Shown in pieces: positions 48,848 through 58,967 of a stretch of DNA of 64,000 nt; position 1 is the first letter of the stretch; every line of letters begins with the position of its first letter. The notes beneath the pieces are model-generated. The model made no database searches. It had not been told where the DNA came from and saw only the letters and a program-made list of their open reading frames with translations. This stretch comes from a virus (taxonomy: Duplodnaviria > Caudoviricetes). The DNA lies in the IMG/VR virus record IMGVR_UViG_3300033069_000746, positions 2,681 through 66,680 of that record, one strand, 5' to 3'. A program made the position numbers and the translations under genes.

Positions 48848-50449
48848 ATGAAACTCTTTTTGTCTCTCCTGACGGTGACCACTATGTCCATTCAATTCGT
48901 CAGCGCTCAACAGACTCCATTCACTGCGAGGGTTTACGAGATCGTCGAACCGACTGCGTTTCCGACAATCGCATCTATTTCGCCAGCGGTTGGAAATGTC
49001 GAAATGCCGGTAGGGATAACCATCCTTGGGACTGGATTCACTGCAAATACAGCTGTGCTTGTGTCTGACTGCACCGTGCTGGAAGTTGAGCGGATTTCCT
49101 CGACGGAACTGTGGGTGGAGGTTGTGCCGGAATCCGTCGGGCTGAAAACCGTGACGGTGATTTCCGGCGAACAGTCTGCCGTGGCGTCGGTCGGAGCAAT
49201 CACAATCTCTGCGAAAGCCCTGTTCGACGAGACCTTTTCGATCAACAGATCGGCACCGATTGGAAACGCGGTGACGCAATATTCTACCGACTCTGGTTTT
49301 GGTCGATGGAAATGCAAATTTCTGGTCAATTCGACGGTGTCCGGCGGAGTGTGGAATCTGCTCTCGACAGATGCGAGCGGCCGTCTCTGGGATATTGAAA
49401 CGCGACAACCATCTGGCGGTCGAATTCATTTTGCTCGCGTCACGACGCGCACTGGAGGAGGCCATGATTCACGGCCGCTCACACTGTGCAATGAGATCTT
49501 ATCCAGCCCGGGGCACATTGAGACGGGAACTGGCGGCATCTATGGATTTCAGAGCAAGACAGGCTCAGGCTCGGCGGAGGATGGTCGATACCTGATCAAC
49601 GGGACCTCTCGCAGAACGTTCTTTCGCAAGTCATTTTGGACTGAATCGACAGCGTTTGAAATTGCCATTCTGGAACGCGATCAAGCAGGGGCGGTATTGC
49701 TGTGGAAGAACGGTTCGACGTGGCAAATTCTGCACGTCACAGATATTGATCTGGGGCCAGTCAAGCTCGGTGTTCTGAATGGCACGGCTCAGTTTGGTGC
49801 CTACGATCGACTCGCCACGTATGAAACTGGATGGCGGCTAGATCCGCTGGTATCAGATTCGTTTTCGCGAGCGAACGAGACCACCATCAGCGACAGCGAC
49901 GGAAACGGAGTGACGGAAAAAGGTGGCTCCGGAATCAGCCCAATCACAACGGGCAGTCCTGCCGTGGCGTCGAACCTGCTAACGTCCACCAGTGGCGCTT
50001 CGATTGTTGTGTGGGAGTCTGGACAAGCTGACGTTTGGGCATTGGCGAAAGTGACACCTGTTGACGGTGCACCTGCAGGCGTGATTCTGCGATACGTCGA
50101 CGCGAGCAACTACTGGCTGGCGGAAATTGATTCATCGGCGGATTCGATCTATCTCATCGAAGTTACTAACGGCACACGCACGACGCGCGCGACCGGAAAC
50201 CTGTCAACAGACGCGACACCCGGAACGATCAACTCCGGCACTGAGTACGACGTTCAAATCTGCTCCATCGGCACAGAGATTCGTGCGTGGATCGACGGAT
50301 CCGCGGTGACCTCAACGCATGCCCCTTTCGTGACATTTACATCATCGCAGCATCAGGCTGGAACTAAGGTCGGTCTGCGAGTCAATGCGGGCGCAAGTGC
50401 TCGCAAGTTCGCGGCTTTTCAATCGCTCCAGTCTTTACCGTCATTCTGA
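48848..50449 (+). CDS. Signal-peptide protein with IPT/TIG-like and jelly-roll lectin-like domains
   Basis: MKLFLSLL...VSA/QQ leader; PTIASISP..G...ITILGTGF; DSFSRAN...GVILRY.DASNYW..Y.VQI....IRAWIDG. Confidence 0.65.
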   Translation: MKLFLSLLTVTTMSIQFVSAQQTPFTARVYEIVEPTAFPTIASISPAVGNVEMPVGITILGTGFTANTAVLVSDCTVLEVERISSTELWVEVVPESVGLKTVTVISGEQSAVASVGAITISAKALFDETFSINRSAPIGNAVTQYSTDSGFGRWKCKFLVNSTVSGGVWNLLSTDASGRLWDIETRQPSGGRIHFARVTTRTGGGHDSRPLTLCNEILSSPGHIETGTGGIYGFQSKTGSGSAEDGRYLINGTSRRTFFRKSFWTESTAFEIAILERDQAGAVLLWKNGSTWQILHVTDIDLGPVKLGVLNGTAQFGAYDRLATYETGWRLDPLVSDSFSRANETTISDSDGNGVTEKGGSGISPITTGSPAVASNLLTSTSGASIVVWESGQADVWALAKVTPVDGAPAGVILRYVDASNYWLAEIDSSADSIYLIEVTNGTRTTRATGNLSTDATPGTINSGTEYDVQICSIGTEIRAWIDGSAVTSTHAPFVTFTSSQHQAGTKVGLRVNAGASARKFAAFQSLQSLPSF

Positions 50450-50458
50450 GGTCCGGCC

Positions 50459-51376
50459 ATGCTCGTCCGTGGAATTACCTATAAGTGGCCGGTCTATCGG
50501 CGGAACGCCAGCTACGTGCTGGAATCAGCGGCGTCCGTTTCGATCTCCGTGCGGCGAAACAACGTCGTGGATGGATCGGTCACGGCATCACTGACAGAGA
50601 CTTCAGAGGGCGAATACGAGGCATCGGTGACGATTCCTTCCGGCTGGTCGCTTTCGGATCTCGTCACTGTTGTCGGCGTTTTCGACGGCGAGCCTGAGCC
50701 GTTGTTGGTCGCTCCGATTTCGGAGTTGTCAGCATCAAGACTTTCGCGAATCGATCGACTTCCTGACGTCGCAGCCGGAACAACCGGCGGGCTTGCTTTG
50801 CACGGTGCGACAGGCGGAGGATCTGGAGACGCGGAGCAGGAGACGCTGCTGAAAGTGCAGGAGGCTGTCGAATCGATCGCCGTTGCGCTTGCTGGGAGTT
50901 CACCGGTGGAGCCCACCGGTACGACCGTGTTTGAGCATCTCGAAGGTATTGAGGACTTAGTCACGAACTACATCTCGTCCATCTCCGCAGCTACCGACGC
51001 CTCGGCCACAACCATCGTCGGGTTCCCGTCCACGCTCAACATCGGCGACAGCTACACGGACGATATGTCGGCAGATATCCACATTTTCCTACGCGACAGC
51101 AATGACGATCCGATCACGACCGTCGGTACTCACGACGTGACGGACCCGGATTTCGCCTCAGAACTGACTATCGCCCAGGACGGACAGGTCGGGCGTGTCA
51201 AGGCCACTGTGACTTGGGTCACTGCATCGCCAGAGGGATATCTGAAAGTCGAGATCCCGTCGTCTCAGTCTCGCCGGGCAGCACCCGGTGTGGCCCAGAT
51301 GCAGCTTGTGTTGAAGTGGGACGGTGCTGAAAAGGCCCTGACAAAGCAGGCCGTGACCTGGGTTGCTCGCGTGTGA
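50459..51376 (+). CDS. Hypothetical tail-fibre-associated protein
   Basis: Long ORF, beta-rich termini. Confidence 0.65.
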   Translation: MLVRGITYKWPVYRRNASYVLESAASVSISVRRNNVVDGSVTASLTETSEGEYEASVTIPSGWSLSDLVTVVGVFDGEPEPLLVAPISELSASRLSRIDRLPDVAAGTTGGLALHGATGGGSGDAEQETLLKVQEAVESIAVALAGSSPVEPTGTTVFEHLEGIEDLVTNYISSISAATDASATTIVGFPSTLNIGDSYTDDMSADIHIFLRDSNDDPITTVGTHDVTDPDFASELTIAQDGQVGRVKATVTWVTASPEGYLKVEIPSSQSRRAAPGVAQMQLVLKWDGAEKALTKQAVTWVARV

Positions 51377-51395
51377 GAAAACTTACAGAGCCCTG

Positions 51396-51423
51396 TTGAC
51401 TGGATTTACACGCCGGTTAAAGT
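51396..51423 (+). promoter_or_regulatory. Sigma70-like promoter of the replication module
   Basis: TTGACT-N16-TAAAGT; spacer shares ACGCCGG with the 23857 promoter. Confidence 0.5.
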
Positions 51424-51452
51424 ACCTCCGTCCCTTTAAGCAGGAGGTGCTT

Positions 51453-52103
51453 ATGCAGATCACTATCTCTCTGGGACTGGAAGAGCTTGGCTCACTGCCG
51501 CTTGAGACGCGGCAGAAGATTCAATCGGCATTGAATCTACCAGTCAGTACGCCTACGCAGGTTGTGCAGCAGCCCCCGGTTACCGTTGTGCCGGGACCGT
51601 ACTCCGTACCGCAACAACTACCAACCGGGTCGTTCACGACAACTGCGGCAGATGGCACGGTAACAACACAGGCTGTACCCGTAACTGCTCAACCCGCCCC
51701 ACCAGTTCAAACGAAGCAGCCCCAGATCGTCGGTAACACGCAATTGTTCCGGCCTGACATGGGCCATCCAACACAGATGAACTCTGCTGTTGACGTAACG
51801 ACCGGCCGACCAGTACCAATCGCACCGCCGTCGGACGTGCCGAACATTCCCCAGTTCAGCAACACGCCGGTGAATGTCACACCCGTCGTGACGCAAGGCC
51901 CGATCGTTCAGCAGATCGTACCTGACGCGAATAAGGCAGTGGCCCAGGCTGCAGCCATTCGTGCGTACAACCGTCCGGACGGGCAGGGCCAGGCGATCGT
52001 CAATGCGGCCTTGGCTAAGTCAGGCGTAGGCTCTATGCCGAACCTGTCAGACGCCAATGCCGGTACGTTCTACCAGGCATTGCGAGAACTGGGAGGTGCG
52101 TGA
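51453..52103 (+). CDS. P/Q/T-rich protein with short C-terminal helical domain
   Basis: AGGAGGTG RBS; usual position before DUF2800. Confidence 0.75.
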   Translation: MQITISLGLEELGSLPLETRQKIQSALNLPVSTPTQVVQQPPVTVVPGPYSVPQQLPTGSFTTTAADGTVTTQAVPVTAQPAPPVQTKQPQIVGNTQLFRPDMGHPTQMNSAVDVTTGRPVPIAPPSDVPNIPQFSNTPVNVTPVVTQGPIVQQIVPDANKAVAQAAAIRAYNRPDGQGQAIVNAALAKSGVGSMPNLSDANAGTFYQALRELGGA

Positions 52104-53323
52104 TGGGTAAACACCACATCATCTCACCATCGTCTCTCAACCGTATCTCCAACTGCGTGGGCTCGCTCTACGGGCCGTACGTTCCGGACGAAGGATCAGC
52201 CGCCGCAGCAGAAGGCACGACGTGCCACGCCCTACTGGAGTGGTGCCTGAAGTTCGGAGATGACCCGCGAAACCACCTTGGAAGTACCGCGTTCAGCGAG
52301 CAGTTCCCTATCACGATCGAGATGGTCGAGGGTGTGGAACTGTTTATGGACACGACTCGTCAACTGTGTGCTGAGTTCAACATACCTGCAACGGCAGTCC
52401 AATCTGAACAGTACCTTGTTCATAACAGTTTCCCAGATGAACTGTTTGGTGGCACCTCGGACTGCATCATCGCCGGGGAAGACACGCTCATTGTCATGGA
52501 CCTCAAGTTCGGACATCGGGCTGTCTATGCGAACTCGCCACAATTGACGGCGTACTCTTTGCTGGCCCTTGGCATGCTCATGCGGAACTTCAAACGCATT
52601 GTGCAGGTCATTGTTCAGCCTCGGTGTAACCCGAGCGTGGACCGGCACGAGCCCGGTAGTGAAGAACTGAACAAGGTTTGGAACGACGTGTGTACTGTCG
52701 CCGAGTTCATCAAGCAGAACCCGGACATGACTGTACCAAAGCCAGACGCCCTGAGAGCGGGTGAGTGGTGCAAGTACTGCCGCCGTCGTGAAGGGTGTAC
52801 TGCTCGTCTCGCGATGGTGTCAGAGTTCGCCGAGGTTGCTACGTTTACAGGGCCGGACAAGCAGGTCATCGCCAGTCCTGTCACAGACATCCCAACGGAC
52901 CAACTGGTCTACTGGGTTGAACGGTTCGACGTGATCAGCGAGTTCATGAAGGACGTGACCAAAGCCCTGTCAACACGGGCGATGAACGGGGAGAAGATCC
53001 CCGGTCGTAAGCTGGTCGCCAAGTTCGGGCACCGCAAGTTCATTGAGACTGACGAGGAGAAACTCGCCAAGAAGTTGCCTCGGGCTAAGCTGGGCCTGAC
53101 AGCCAAGGACATCTACGTCAAGAAGTTGGTCTCGCCTGCTCAGGTCGAAGCGATCCTGAAAGAGCGGGGCAACTACAACGATGTGAAGGACCAGTTCGAC
53201 AAGCTCGTTACCAGCGTGGTGACAGGTGTTAAGCTGGTGAGTGAGAGGGCACGCGGACAGGAGATCCTGCCTGACGCAGCAGCGGAATTTATCAAGACTT
53301 TGGAGGACCATTCAGATGAGTAA
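52103..53323 (+). CDS. DUF2800 PD-(D/E)XK (Cas4-like) nuclease
   Basis: SPSSL.R...C, AAEGT..H, GGTSDC..., DLKFG, PQL..Y, CKYC. Confidence 0.88.
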   Translation: MGKHHIISPSSLNRISNCVGSLYGPYVPDEGSAAAAEGTTCHALLEWCLKFGDDPRNHLGSTAFSEQFPITIEMVEGVELFMDTTRQLCAEFNIPATAVQSEQYLVHNSFPDELFGGTSDCIIAGEDTLIVMDLKFGHRAVYANSPQLTAYSLLALGMLMRNFKRIVQVIVQPRCNPSVDRHEPGSEELNKVWNDVCTVAEFIKQNPDMTVPKPDALRAGEWCKYCRRREGCTARLAMVSEFAEVATFTGPDKQVIASPVTDIPTDQLVYWVERFDVISEFMKDVTKALSTRAMNGEKIPGRKLVAKFGHRKFIETDEEKLAKKLPRAKLGLTAKDIYVKKLVSPAQVEAILKERGNYNDVKDQFDKLVTSVVTGVKLVSERARGQEILPDAAAEFIKTLEDHSDE

Positions 53324-54122
53324 TTTTGGACCGCCCCCCGGCGTTACCGGAGCATTGCCAGTGCAGAGTCATTCTCCAGCACCGGCACCACAGGACACAC
53401 CGCAGCAAGACACCCGAGTGGTTGTCGGGCCGTGCGTGCTGTCATACCCGAAGCTGTTCACACCTGAACCGAAGATGGGTGTCAAGGACGCACCGCTGGA
53501 GTACAGTTGCGAACTGCTGGTGTATCAGTCGAACCCGCAGATGCAGGCTATCTACCAGAAGCTGCACGAAGTGGCTAACCGCGTGTCGATGGCCACGTTC
53601 CGTGTACCTGTCGAGCGTCTGAGCAAGCAGCCGTTTCGTAACCTAGCAGAACGCGAGGGGTCGAAGGAGCCCGGCTTCTTCTTCACCGCGAGGACCGGGG
53701 CGAAGTACGCCCCGCAGATCTTCGTGAGCAACCCACCGCAGCCCTGCACGGACCCAGCGGCGTTCTACGCCGGGGCCATTGTGTATGTGAACCTGAACTG
53801 CGGGTCGTACGACAACAGCGGTAACAAGGGCGTCAAGTTCTTCTTGAACTCGGTGCTCAAAGTGGCAGACGGAGAACGTCTGGCCCCGATGCGTAACGCT
53901 GCTGACGACTTTGCTGAGGTACTGGCGTCACTACCTCAAACCCCGGCTGTGTTCGCACCACCGGTTCAGCAGGGCTTTGCCATGCCACCACAGTACGCAC
54001 CGCCCGCCCAGCCGGGGTATGCTGCCCCAGTGATGCAGCAGTACGTTCAGCCGCCGCAACAGTACGCCGCACCGCCCCAGGGCTACGCAATGCCTCCGAT
54101 GCCGGGATATCCTCAGCAATAA
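53316..54122 (+). CDS. DUF2815 ssDNA-binding protein with P/Q/Y-rich tail
   Basis: LSYPKLF, YS.ELL, YAGA, GNKGV.F.LN.V.KV.DGE.L. Confidence 0.88.
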   Translation: MSNFGPPPGVTGALPVQSHSPAPAPQDTPQQDTRVVVGPCVLSYPKLFTPEPKMGVKDAPLEYSCELLVYQSNPQMQAIYQKLHEVANRVSMATFRVPVERLSKQPFRNLAEREGSKEPGFFFTARTGAKYAPQIFVSNPPQPCTDPAAFYAGAIVYVNLNCGSYDNSGNKGVKFFLNSVLKVADGERLAPMRNAADDFAEVLASLPQTPAVFAPPVQQGFAMPPQYAPPAQPGYAAPVMQQYVQPPQQYAAPPQGYAMPPMPGYPQQ

Positions 54123-54126
54123 GTGT

Positions 54127-54221
54127 GTCGTGCCGAGTGTGGAAGGAAGACACCTATTCTCCCGCAAGGGTACGCTTTGGTCGGGTCATGCCGACACCGG
54201 GTTCGAATCCCGGGCACAACA
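54127..54221 (+). ncRNA. tRNA-like RNA lacking a canonical anticodon arm
   Basis: GTCGTGC/GCACAAC acceptor (one mismatch), GTGT-GGAAGGAAG-ACAC D-like arm, CCC-GCAA-GGG and GTCGG-GTCATG-CCGAC hairpins, CCGGG-TTCGAAT-CCCGG T arm. Confidence 0.6.
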
Positions 54222-54224
54222 CAC

Positions 54225-54255
54225 GGCCGGGGCCGAACAGCCCCGGCCATTTTTA
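54225..54255 (+). terminator. Rho-independent terminator
   Basis: GGCCGGGGC-cgaaca-GCCCCGGCC then ATTTTT. Confidence 0.75.
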
Positions 54256-54266
54256 TGGGATAAGAC

Positions 54267-56348
54267 ATGCCTAAGTTCCTTACCCTCGACCTGGAATCTC
54301 GAAGCGAAGTCTGCCTGAAGACGTACAGCACGACGCACTACGCTTCACACCCATCGACCGGCATACTCTGCATCGGCCTGAAGTTCGACGATGGTCCAGC
54401 CGTCACAGCCCGGCCGCTGAAGGGCAGACCTACGCTCGACGGGTCAGTCCGACCGATCGAACTCATGCACGCCATCGAGGCCAAGCTACCGATCGTGGTC
54501 CACAACCTGTCGTTCGAGAAGCGGATGTACAAGCACATCTGCGTAGAGCGATGGAACTGGCCGGAGATACCAGAGAACCAGTGGATCGACACGGCAGCGA
54601 TCTGTCGGTACTACGCCATACCTGCACGGTTGGTCGAAGCGGCTAAGGCGTTGGGCCTTGACGCACAGAAGGACATGGCCGGTAACCGGGTCATGCTGCA
54701 GTGCAGCAAGCCTCGTAAGCCACGCAAAGCCGAGATTGCCAAGTGGGTCAAGGACGGGAAAGACCCAGCCGATATGCCAGCCCTGTGGTACGAGGACGAA
54801 GAACGTCTGGCCCGGGTGTATGTCTACTGCGAGCAGGACTTGACCGTACAGGAGCAGGTGTTCCTGAAGCTAGGTCCGTTGCCACCAGAGCGTGACGCTG
54901 AATGGCGGTTCGACGAGATGGTCAACGATCGGGGCGTACCCGTCGACTGGCCCGCCCTGTTCACCGCCAACCAAGTTGTCGAGCAGAGCCTCGCTGAGTT
55001 CAACCAGCGACTTCGTGATATCACCAAGACCCCCGCTTTCCCGGGAGGCATGGTCACTGCGGTCAGCCAACGTAAGAAGATCCTCGACTGGTGTGAACTG
55101 GCTGGCTGGACGATGGCCAGCACGAACAAGGAGTCAGTAGCTGACGCACTGGGATCGACAAGTCTTCCCGGTCCTGTCCGTGAGGTACTCACCATCGTGC
55201 AGGAAGCAGGTAAGTCCAGCCTCGGTAAGCTCGACACAATGCTGTGCCTGACCGACGCTGACGGTCGTATCCGGGACAGCTTGGCCTGGCATGGTGCGGC
55301 GACAGGTCGTAAAGCTGGGCGTGGCATGCAGCCCCAGAACTTCCCGCGGGACTGCATGGACGCTGAAGAGGCAGACGCTTTCCATGAGATGCTCAGGCAG
55401 CCTGACCCGTTCGAAGCCGTGTCGTTCAGGTATCAGTCAACGCTGATGGTCACGGACCCAGTGTCCATCCCCGACGTGGTGAGTTCTGCCCTACGTTCCT
55501 TCATCGTGGCCGACCCCGGGCACGAACTCTACATCTCCGACTTCTCGAACATCGAGACTCGTATCCTTGCATGGGTAGCGAACTGCCGCCTGCTGAACGA
55601 GGCGTTCAGTACTGGGTCCTGCCCGTACCGTCAGTTCGCCAGTCGTGTGTACAACGTACGACCGGACACTATTGCTAAGGGATCACAGGAAAGACAGCTA
55701 GGCAAGGTGGCCGTGCTCGGGCTGGGCTACGGCATGGGCCATGCGAAGTTTACCGACACAGCGGGAGCACCACCGTACAACATCACGTTGGACCCAGACC
55801 GTTCGAAAGAGATTGTCAAGCTGTACCGCGAGACGTACCCCGAGGTACCAAAATTCTGGTCCGAGTGTGAGAAGGCGTTCAACGATGCTATCCAGGGCAA
55901 AACCCAGATCAGCGTGGGCAAAGTAGCTTTCGGGTGCAACGGTGAGTGGGGCTGGATCATACTGCCCAGCGGTCGGCCGATCTGGATGCGTGAGCCAAAG
56001 GTTGGACGAGTGGCTGACCGCTGGCGTGAGGGTAAGACCCGGCTTGAAATCTCATACATGGGAATCGATAGTAAGACCAAGCAGTGGTGTAGGCGTTCGA
56101 CGTATGGTGGGTCTCTCGTAGAATCTATCTGCCAAGGCGTAGCAGCCTGCCTTCTACAGGCAGCCCTTCACAGACTCGAAGCAGCAGGCTATCCTGTGAT
56201 ACTATCAGTGCATGACGAAGCACTCGTCATGGCACCAGAGGGCAGTTCGTTGGACCGGTTCCATGAACTGATGAAGGCAAGACCAGCGTGGGCATCGGAC
56301 CTACCGGTCGAGTGTGAGAGTGGCAAGTCGAGGAGGTACGGGAAGTGA
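54267..56348 (+). CDS. polA: Family A DNA polymerase (APSE-like, Leu762 type)
   Basis: DLESRS exonuclease I, SDFSNIE motif A, RQLGKVAVLGLGYG motif B, VHDE motif C. Confidence 0.95.
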   Translation: MPKFLTLDLESRSEVCLKTYSTTHYASHPSTGILCIGLKFDDGPAVTARPLKGRPTLDGSVRPIELMHAIEAKLPIVVHNLSFEKRMYKHICVERWNWPEIPENQWIDTAAICRYYAIPARLVEAAKALGLDAQKDMAGNRVMLQCSKPRKPRKAEIAKWVKDGKDPADMPALWYEDEERLARVYVYCEQDLTVQEQVFLKLGPLPPERDAEWRFDEMVNDRGVPVDWPALFTANQVVEQSLAEFNQRLRDITKTPAFPGGMVTAVSQRKKILDWCELAGWTMASTNKESVADALGSTSLPGPVREVLTIVQEAGKSSLGKLDTMLCLTDADGRIRDSLAWHGAATGRKAGRGMQPQNFPRDCMDAEEADAFHEMLRQPDPFEAVSFRYQSTLMVTDPVSIPDVVSSALRSFIVADPGHELYISDFSNIETRILAWVANCRLLNEAFSTGSCPYRQFASRVYNVRPDTIAKGSQERQLGKVAVLGLGYGMGHAKFTDTAGAPPYNITLDPDRSKEIVKLYRETYPEVPKFWSECEKAFNDAIQGKTQISVGKVAFGCNGEWGWIILPSGRPIWMREPKVGRVADRWREGKTRLEISYMGIDSKTKQWCRRSTYGGSLVESICQGVAACLLQAALHRLEAAGYPVILSVHDEALVMAPEGSSLDRFHELMKARPAWASDLPVECESGKSRRYGK

Positions 56349-56521
56349 TACGTTACCGGTACATAGGTCTTGAAGAATTTTTGAAGGGTGAGACTGCTCT
56401 CGGAAAGTGGGGCAGGGGGCTGAAGTTCTATGTGCAGGTAGACCGGTTCGACCATGAATGGTCTCATGGCTGGTGGCTGACTGACGCAGATGACTGGGAG
56501 GAGATCAATGGCCAGACCTGA
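56345..56521 (+). CDS. Small ORF (58 aa)
   Basis: GTGA-coupled to polA, overlaps VRR-NUC start. Confidence 0.5.
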   Translation: MIRYRYIGLEEFLKGETALGKWGRGLKFYVQVDRFDHEWSHGWWLTDADDWEEINGQT

Positions 56522-56795
56522 AACCCGAGTAGAAAATAACTTCGCCAAGTGGTGCCGGGAGAGTGGGCTGTTCTGCCTGAAGCTGTCAGCCATTGCTGTG
56601 GCTGGTTTCCCGGACAGGACTGTTATCCTACCCGGTGGGAGGCTGGCATGCGTGGAGTTCAAGTCCGACAAGGGCAAGACATCCCCCGTGCAGGACCAGC
56701 GTATCGCCGCACTGCGAAGGCTTGACGTGCCGGTCCTTGTGACAAGCGATGCGAACGAGGCGAAAGAGTTTATCAAGGGGTTGATAAATGTTTAA
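56508..56795 (+). CDS. VRR-NUC domain nuclease
   Basis: E...GFPDR......VEFK...G..SP.Q......L. Confidence 0.9.
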   Translation: MARPETRVENNFAKWCRESGLFCLKLSAIAVAGFPDRTVILPGGRLACVEFKSDKGKTSPVQDQRIAALRRLDVPVLVTSDANEAKEFIKGLINV

Positions 56796-57027
56796 CTTCT
56801 ACCTCACAGAAGACAGACTGAAGGAGCAGGTGAAGTGGCTGCAACAGTTGGTGGATAAGCACGAGGCAACGATCGAGCATCTGCGGGAACGGCTGGACGC
56901 CTGCGAGATTACAAAGGCCGACGAGTTGGTGCTGGATACCAACCGAGATCCTGACCCATACGGGTATCACAACATGTCAACACGCGACCGTATCGAAGCG
57001 ATGGTCGTTAGAGGGCGGGTACACTAA
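56788..57027 (+). CDS. Coiled-coil hypothetical protein
   Basis: Coupled ORF. Confidence 0.65.
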   Translation: MFNFYLTEDRLKEQVKWLQQLVDKHEATIEHLRERLDACEITKADELVLDTNRDPDPYGYHNMSTRDRIEAMVVRGRVH

Positions 57028-58475
57028 TGCGGTACGGGGCTGACGCACGCGAGCCGAAGATCTGGGAACCACACCGGTACCAGCAGACGGCAGTACAATT
57101 CCTGCATGAGCGGACTAGCTTGAACCCAGACGGCAAAGGTGGTGGGGCTCTGCTGCTATCGCCGGGGCTAGGCAAGTCGTCTATCACGCTTGAGTGGGTC
57201 AAGCAGATGAAAGACTTCGGCCTCGCCAACCGCTTTCTGGTCGTGGCCCCGCTGCGTGTGGTCTACCAGGTATGGCCGTACGAAATCGCTGGCTGGCAGA
57301 ACTTCCGTGGCATCAGCTACAGCATCGCTCACGGCTCGCCAGAGAAGCGGCGTAAAGCCCTGGCCATGCAGACCAACCTGCACATCATTAACCGTGATGC
57401 AATGGTCTGGCTGGCTAAGCAGTGCGAAGGTCGGAAGCACCTGCCTTGGCAGGGCATCATCATCGACGAGAGTACCAGCTTCAAGACGTGGTCCAGTGCT
57501 CGGTCAAAGGCAGTACGGAAGCTGATCTCCCGCATTCCTTACCGTGTGATCCTGACGGGTACGCCAGCCCCGAAGAACCTGGCTGACCTGTTCCCGCAGG
57601 TATGGCTGCTCGACGAAGGCAAGGCCCTCGGCGACAACATCACCCGGTTCAGAGAGAAGTACTGCATACAGGTCGGACAGCGGGAGCAGAACAACTTCGT
57701 GGTCAGGTCAGAGATGTCTGACACGGTACACAATGACATCGCCCATCTGGCTCTGCGTCTTGACGCCAAAGACTACTTATCCATACCAGAGGTGACGCAC
57801 AACCGTGTCTACTGCGAACTGCCTTCTAAGGCACGAGCAGAGTATGAGGATATGGAGAAGCAGATGTTCGTGGCCTTGGCCAACGGCGATGGTCGCGAGG
57901 CCGTCAATGCCGGTGCCAAGTACAACTACTGCCGACAGATCAGCAACGGCGGTATCTATGACCAGCAGCACCAGTCGCATGAACTGCACGAAGCGAAGAC
58001 CGATGCCATTCAGGAACTTATCGAGAGTCTGCAGGGCAAGCCGCTGCTGATTGCCTACCAGTTCGGGCATGACCTTGAGCGGTTGAGGAAGGCTATACCC
58101 GGCCTGCAGTTCATCAAGGGTGGGATGAAAGAATCAGACGTTAGCCGTATCGTTGACCAGTGGAATGACGGGACGCTGAAGGGCACGCACCTGGCAGTGC
58201 AGCCGCAGGCCCTGAGCTATGGTATCAACATGCAGCACGGCCCGGGACGTGACATTGCCTGGTATGGCCCGACGGATTCACTGGACATCTTCATCCAGTT
58301 TAACGCCCGTATTCACAGGCAGGGCGTTGGCTCCGCTGTCACGATCCACGAACTGTGCTGCCGTGATACGATCGACGAGATTGTCTGGGCACGGCTCGAT
58401 GACATGGACGACGTGCAGACTAAACTTCTGGATGTTCTGCGGGACTATGCCCGGCAGAAGCTGGGGAAGAAGTAG
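57027..58475 (+). CDS. SNF2-family helicase
   Basis: PGLGKS, IIDEST, LTGTP, GINMQ, QFNARIHRQG. Confidence 0.92.
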   Translation: MRYGADAREPKIWEPHRYQQTAVQFLHERTSLNPDGKGGGALLLSPGLGKSSITLEWVKQMKDFGLANRFLVVAPLRVVYQVWPYEIAGWQNFRGISYSIAHGSPEKRRKALAMQTNLHIINRDAMVWLAKQCEGRKHLPWQGIIIDESTSFKTWSSARSKAVRKLISRIPYRVILTGTPAPKNLADLFPQVWLLDEGKALGDNITRFREKYCIQVGQREQNNFVVRSEMSDTVHNDIAHLALRLDAKDYLSIPEVTHNRVYCELPSKARAEYEDMEKQMFVALANGDGREAVNAGAKYNYCRQISNGGIYDQQHQSHELHEAKTDAIQELIESLQGKPLLIAYQFGHDLERLRKAIPGLQFIKGGMKESDVSRIVDQWNDGTLKGTHLAVQPQALSYGINMQHGPGRDIAWYGPTDSLDIFIQFNARIHRQGVGSAVTIHELCCRDTIDEIVWARLDDMDDVQTKLLDVLRDYARQKLGKK

Positions 58476-58641
58476 GCTTGCCATTCTTCAGGATGAACAA
58501 CGCCTCGCGGGCGTGACCCAGGGCAATGTGCATACGTTCGGCATCTGTACCTGGACAGTCCCTCCAGTACTGAGTCTCGTGTTTGTGCAGACAGTAGCAG
58601 ATGTCTTCAAGTAACTGCTGTAGTTCGTCTTTACCGGTCAT
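58420..58641 (-). CDS. Hypothetical protein
   Basis: GGAGGTG RBS; converges on helicase. Confidence 0.6.
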   Translation of the reverse strand: MTGKDELQQLLEDICYCLHKHETQYWRDCPGTDAERMHIALGHAREALFILKNGKPTSSPASAGHSPAEHPEV

Positions 58642-58652
58642 CTCACACCTCC

Positions 58653-58688
58653 AAAAGAAAAACCCGCCCGGCTTTCTGACCGGGCGGG
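58653..58688 (-). terminator. Rho-independent terminator (minus strand)
   Basis: CCCGCCCGG stem followed on minus strand by TTTTTCTTTT. Confidence 0.8.
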
Positions 58689-58697
58689 GCTTGTGTT

Positions 58698-58967
58698 CTA
58701 CGGCACCACCACGATGCCGTGTTTCTTGATGGACCGGATCTCGTACGCCTCGACCCGGTCAAACGTCCGCATCGCGTTGAGGATTAGCTGGACCACGTCC
58801 TCCACGTCAAGCTCGGCATCACCCTGCCATGTATCATCGATCTCTGCCAGCCTGTGTAGGATCTCCGAGTCAGGCAGCAGGTCTAACGCTGGCGATTCAC
58901 ACTTGGTCCAGACCTCGACGGAGCAAGGCCCGACGTTGGCCACGGTCACGCGGGAAACTGTCTTCAC
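58698..58967 (-). CDS. Hypothetical protein
   Basis: GGAGG RBS. Confidence 0.7.
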   Translation of the reverse strand: MKTVSRVTVANVGPCSVEVWTKCESPALDLLPDSEILHRLAEIDDTWQGDAELDVEDVVQLILNAMRTFDRVEAYEIRSIKKHGIVVVP

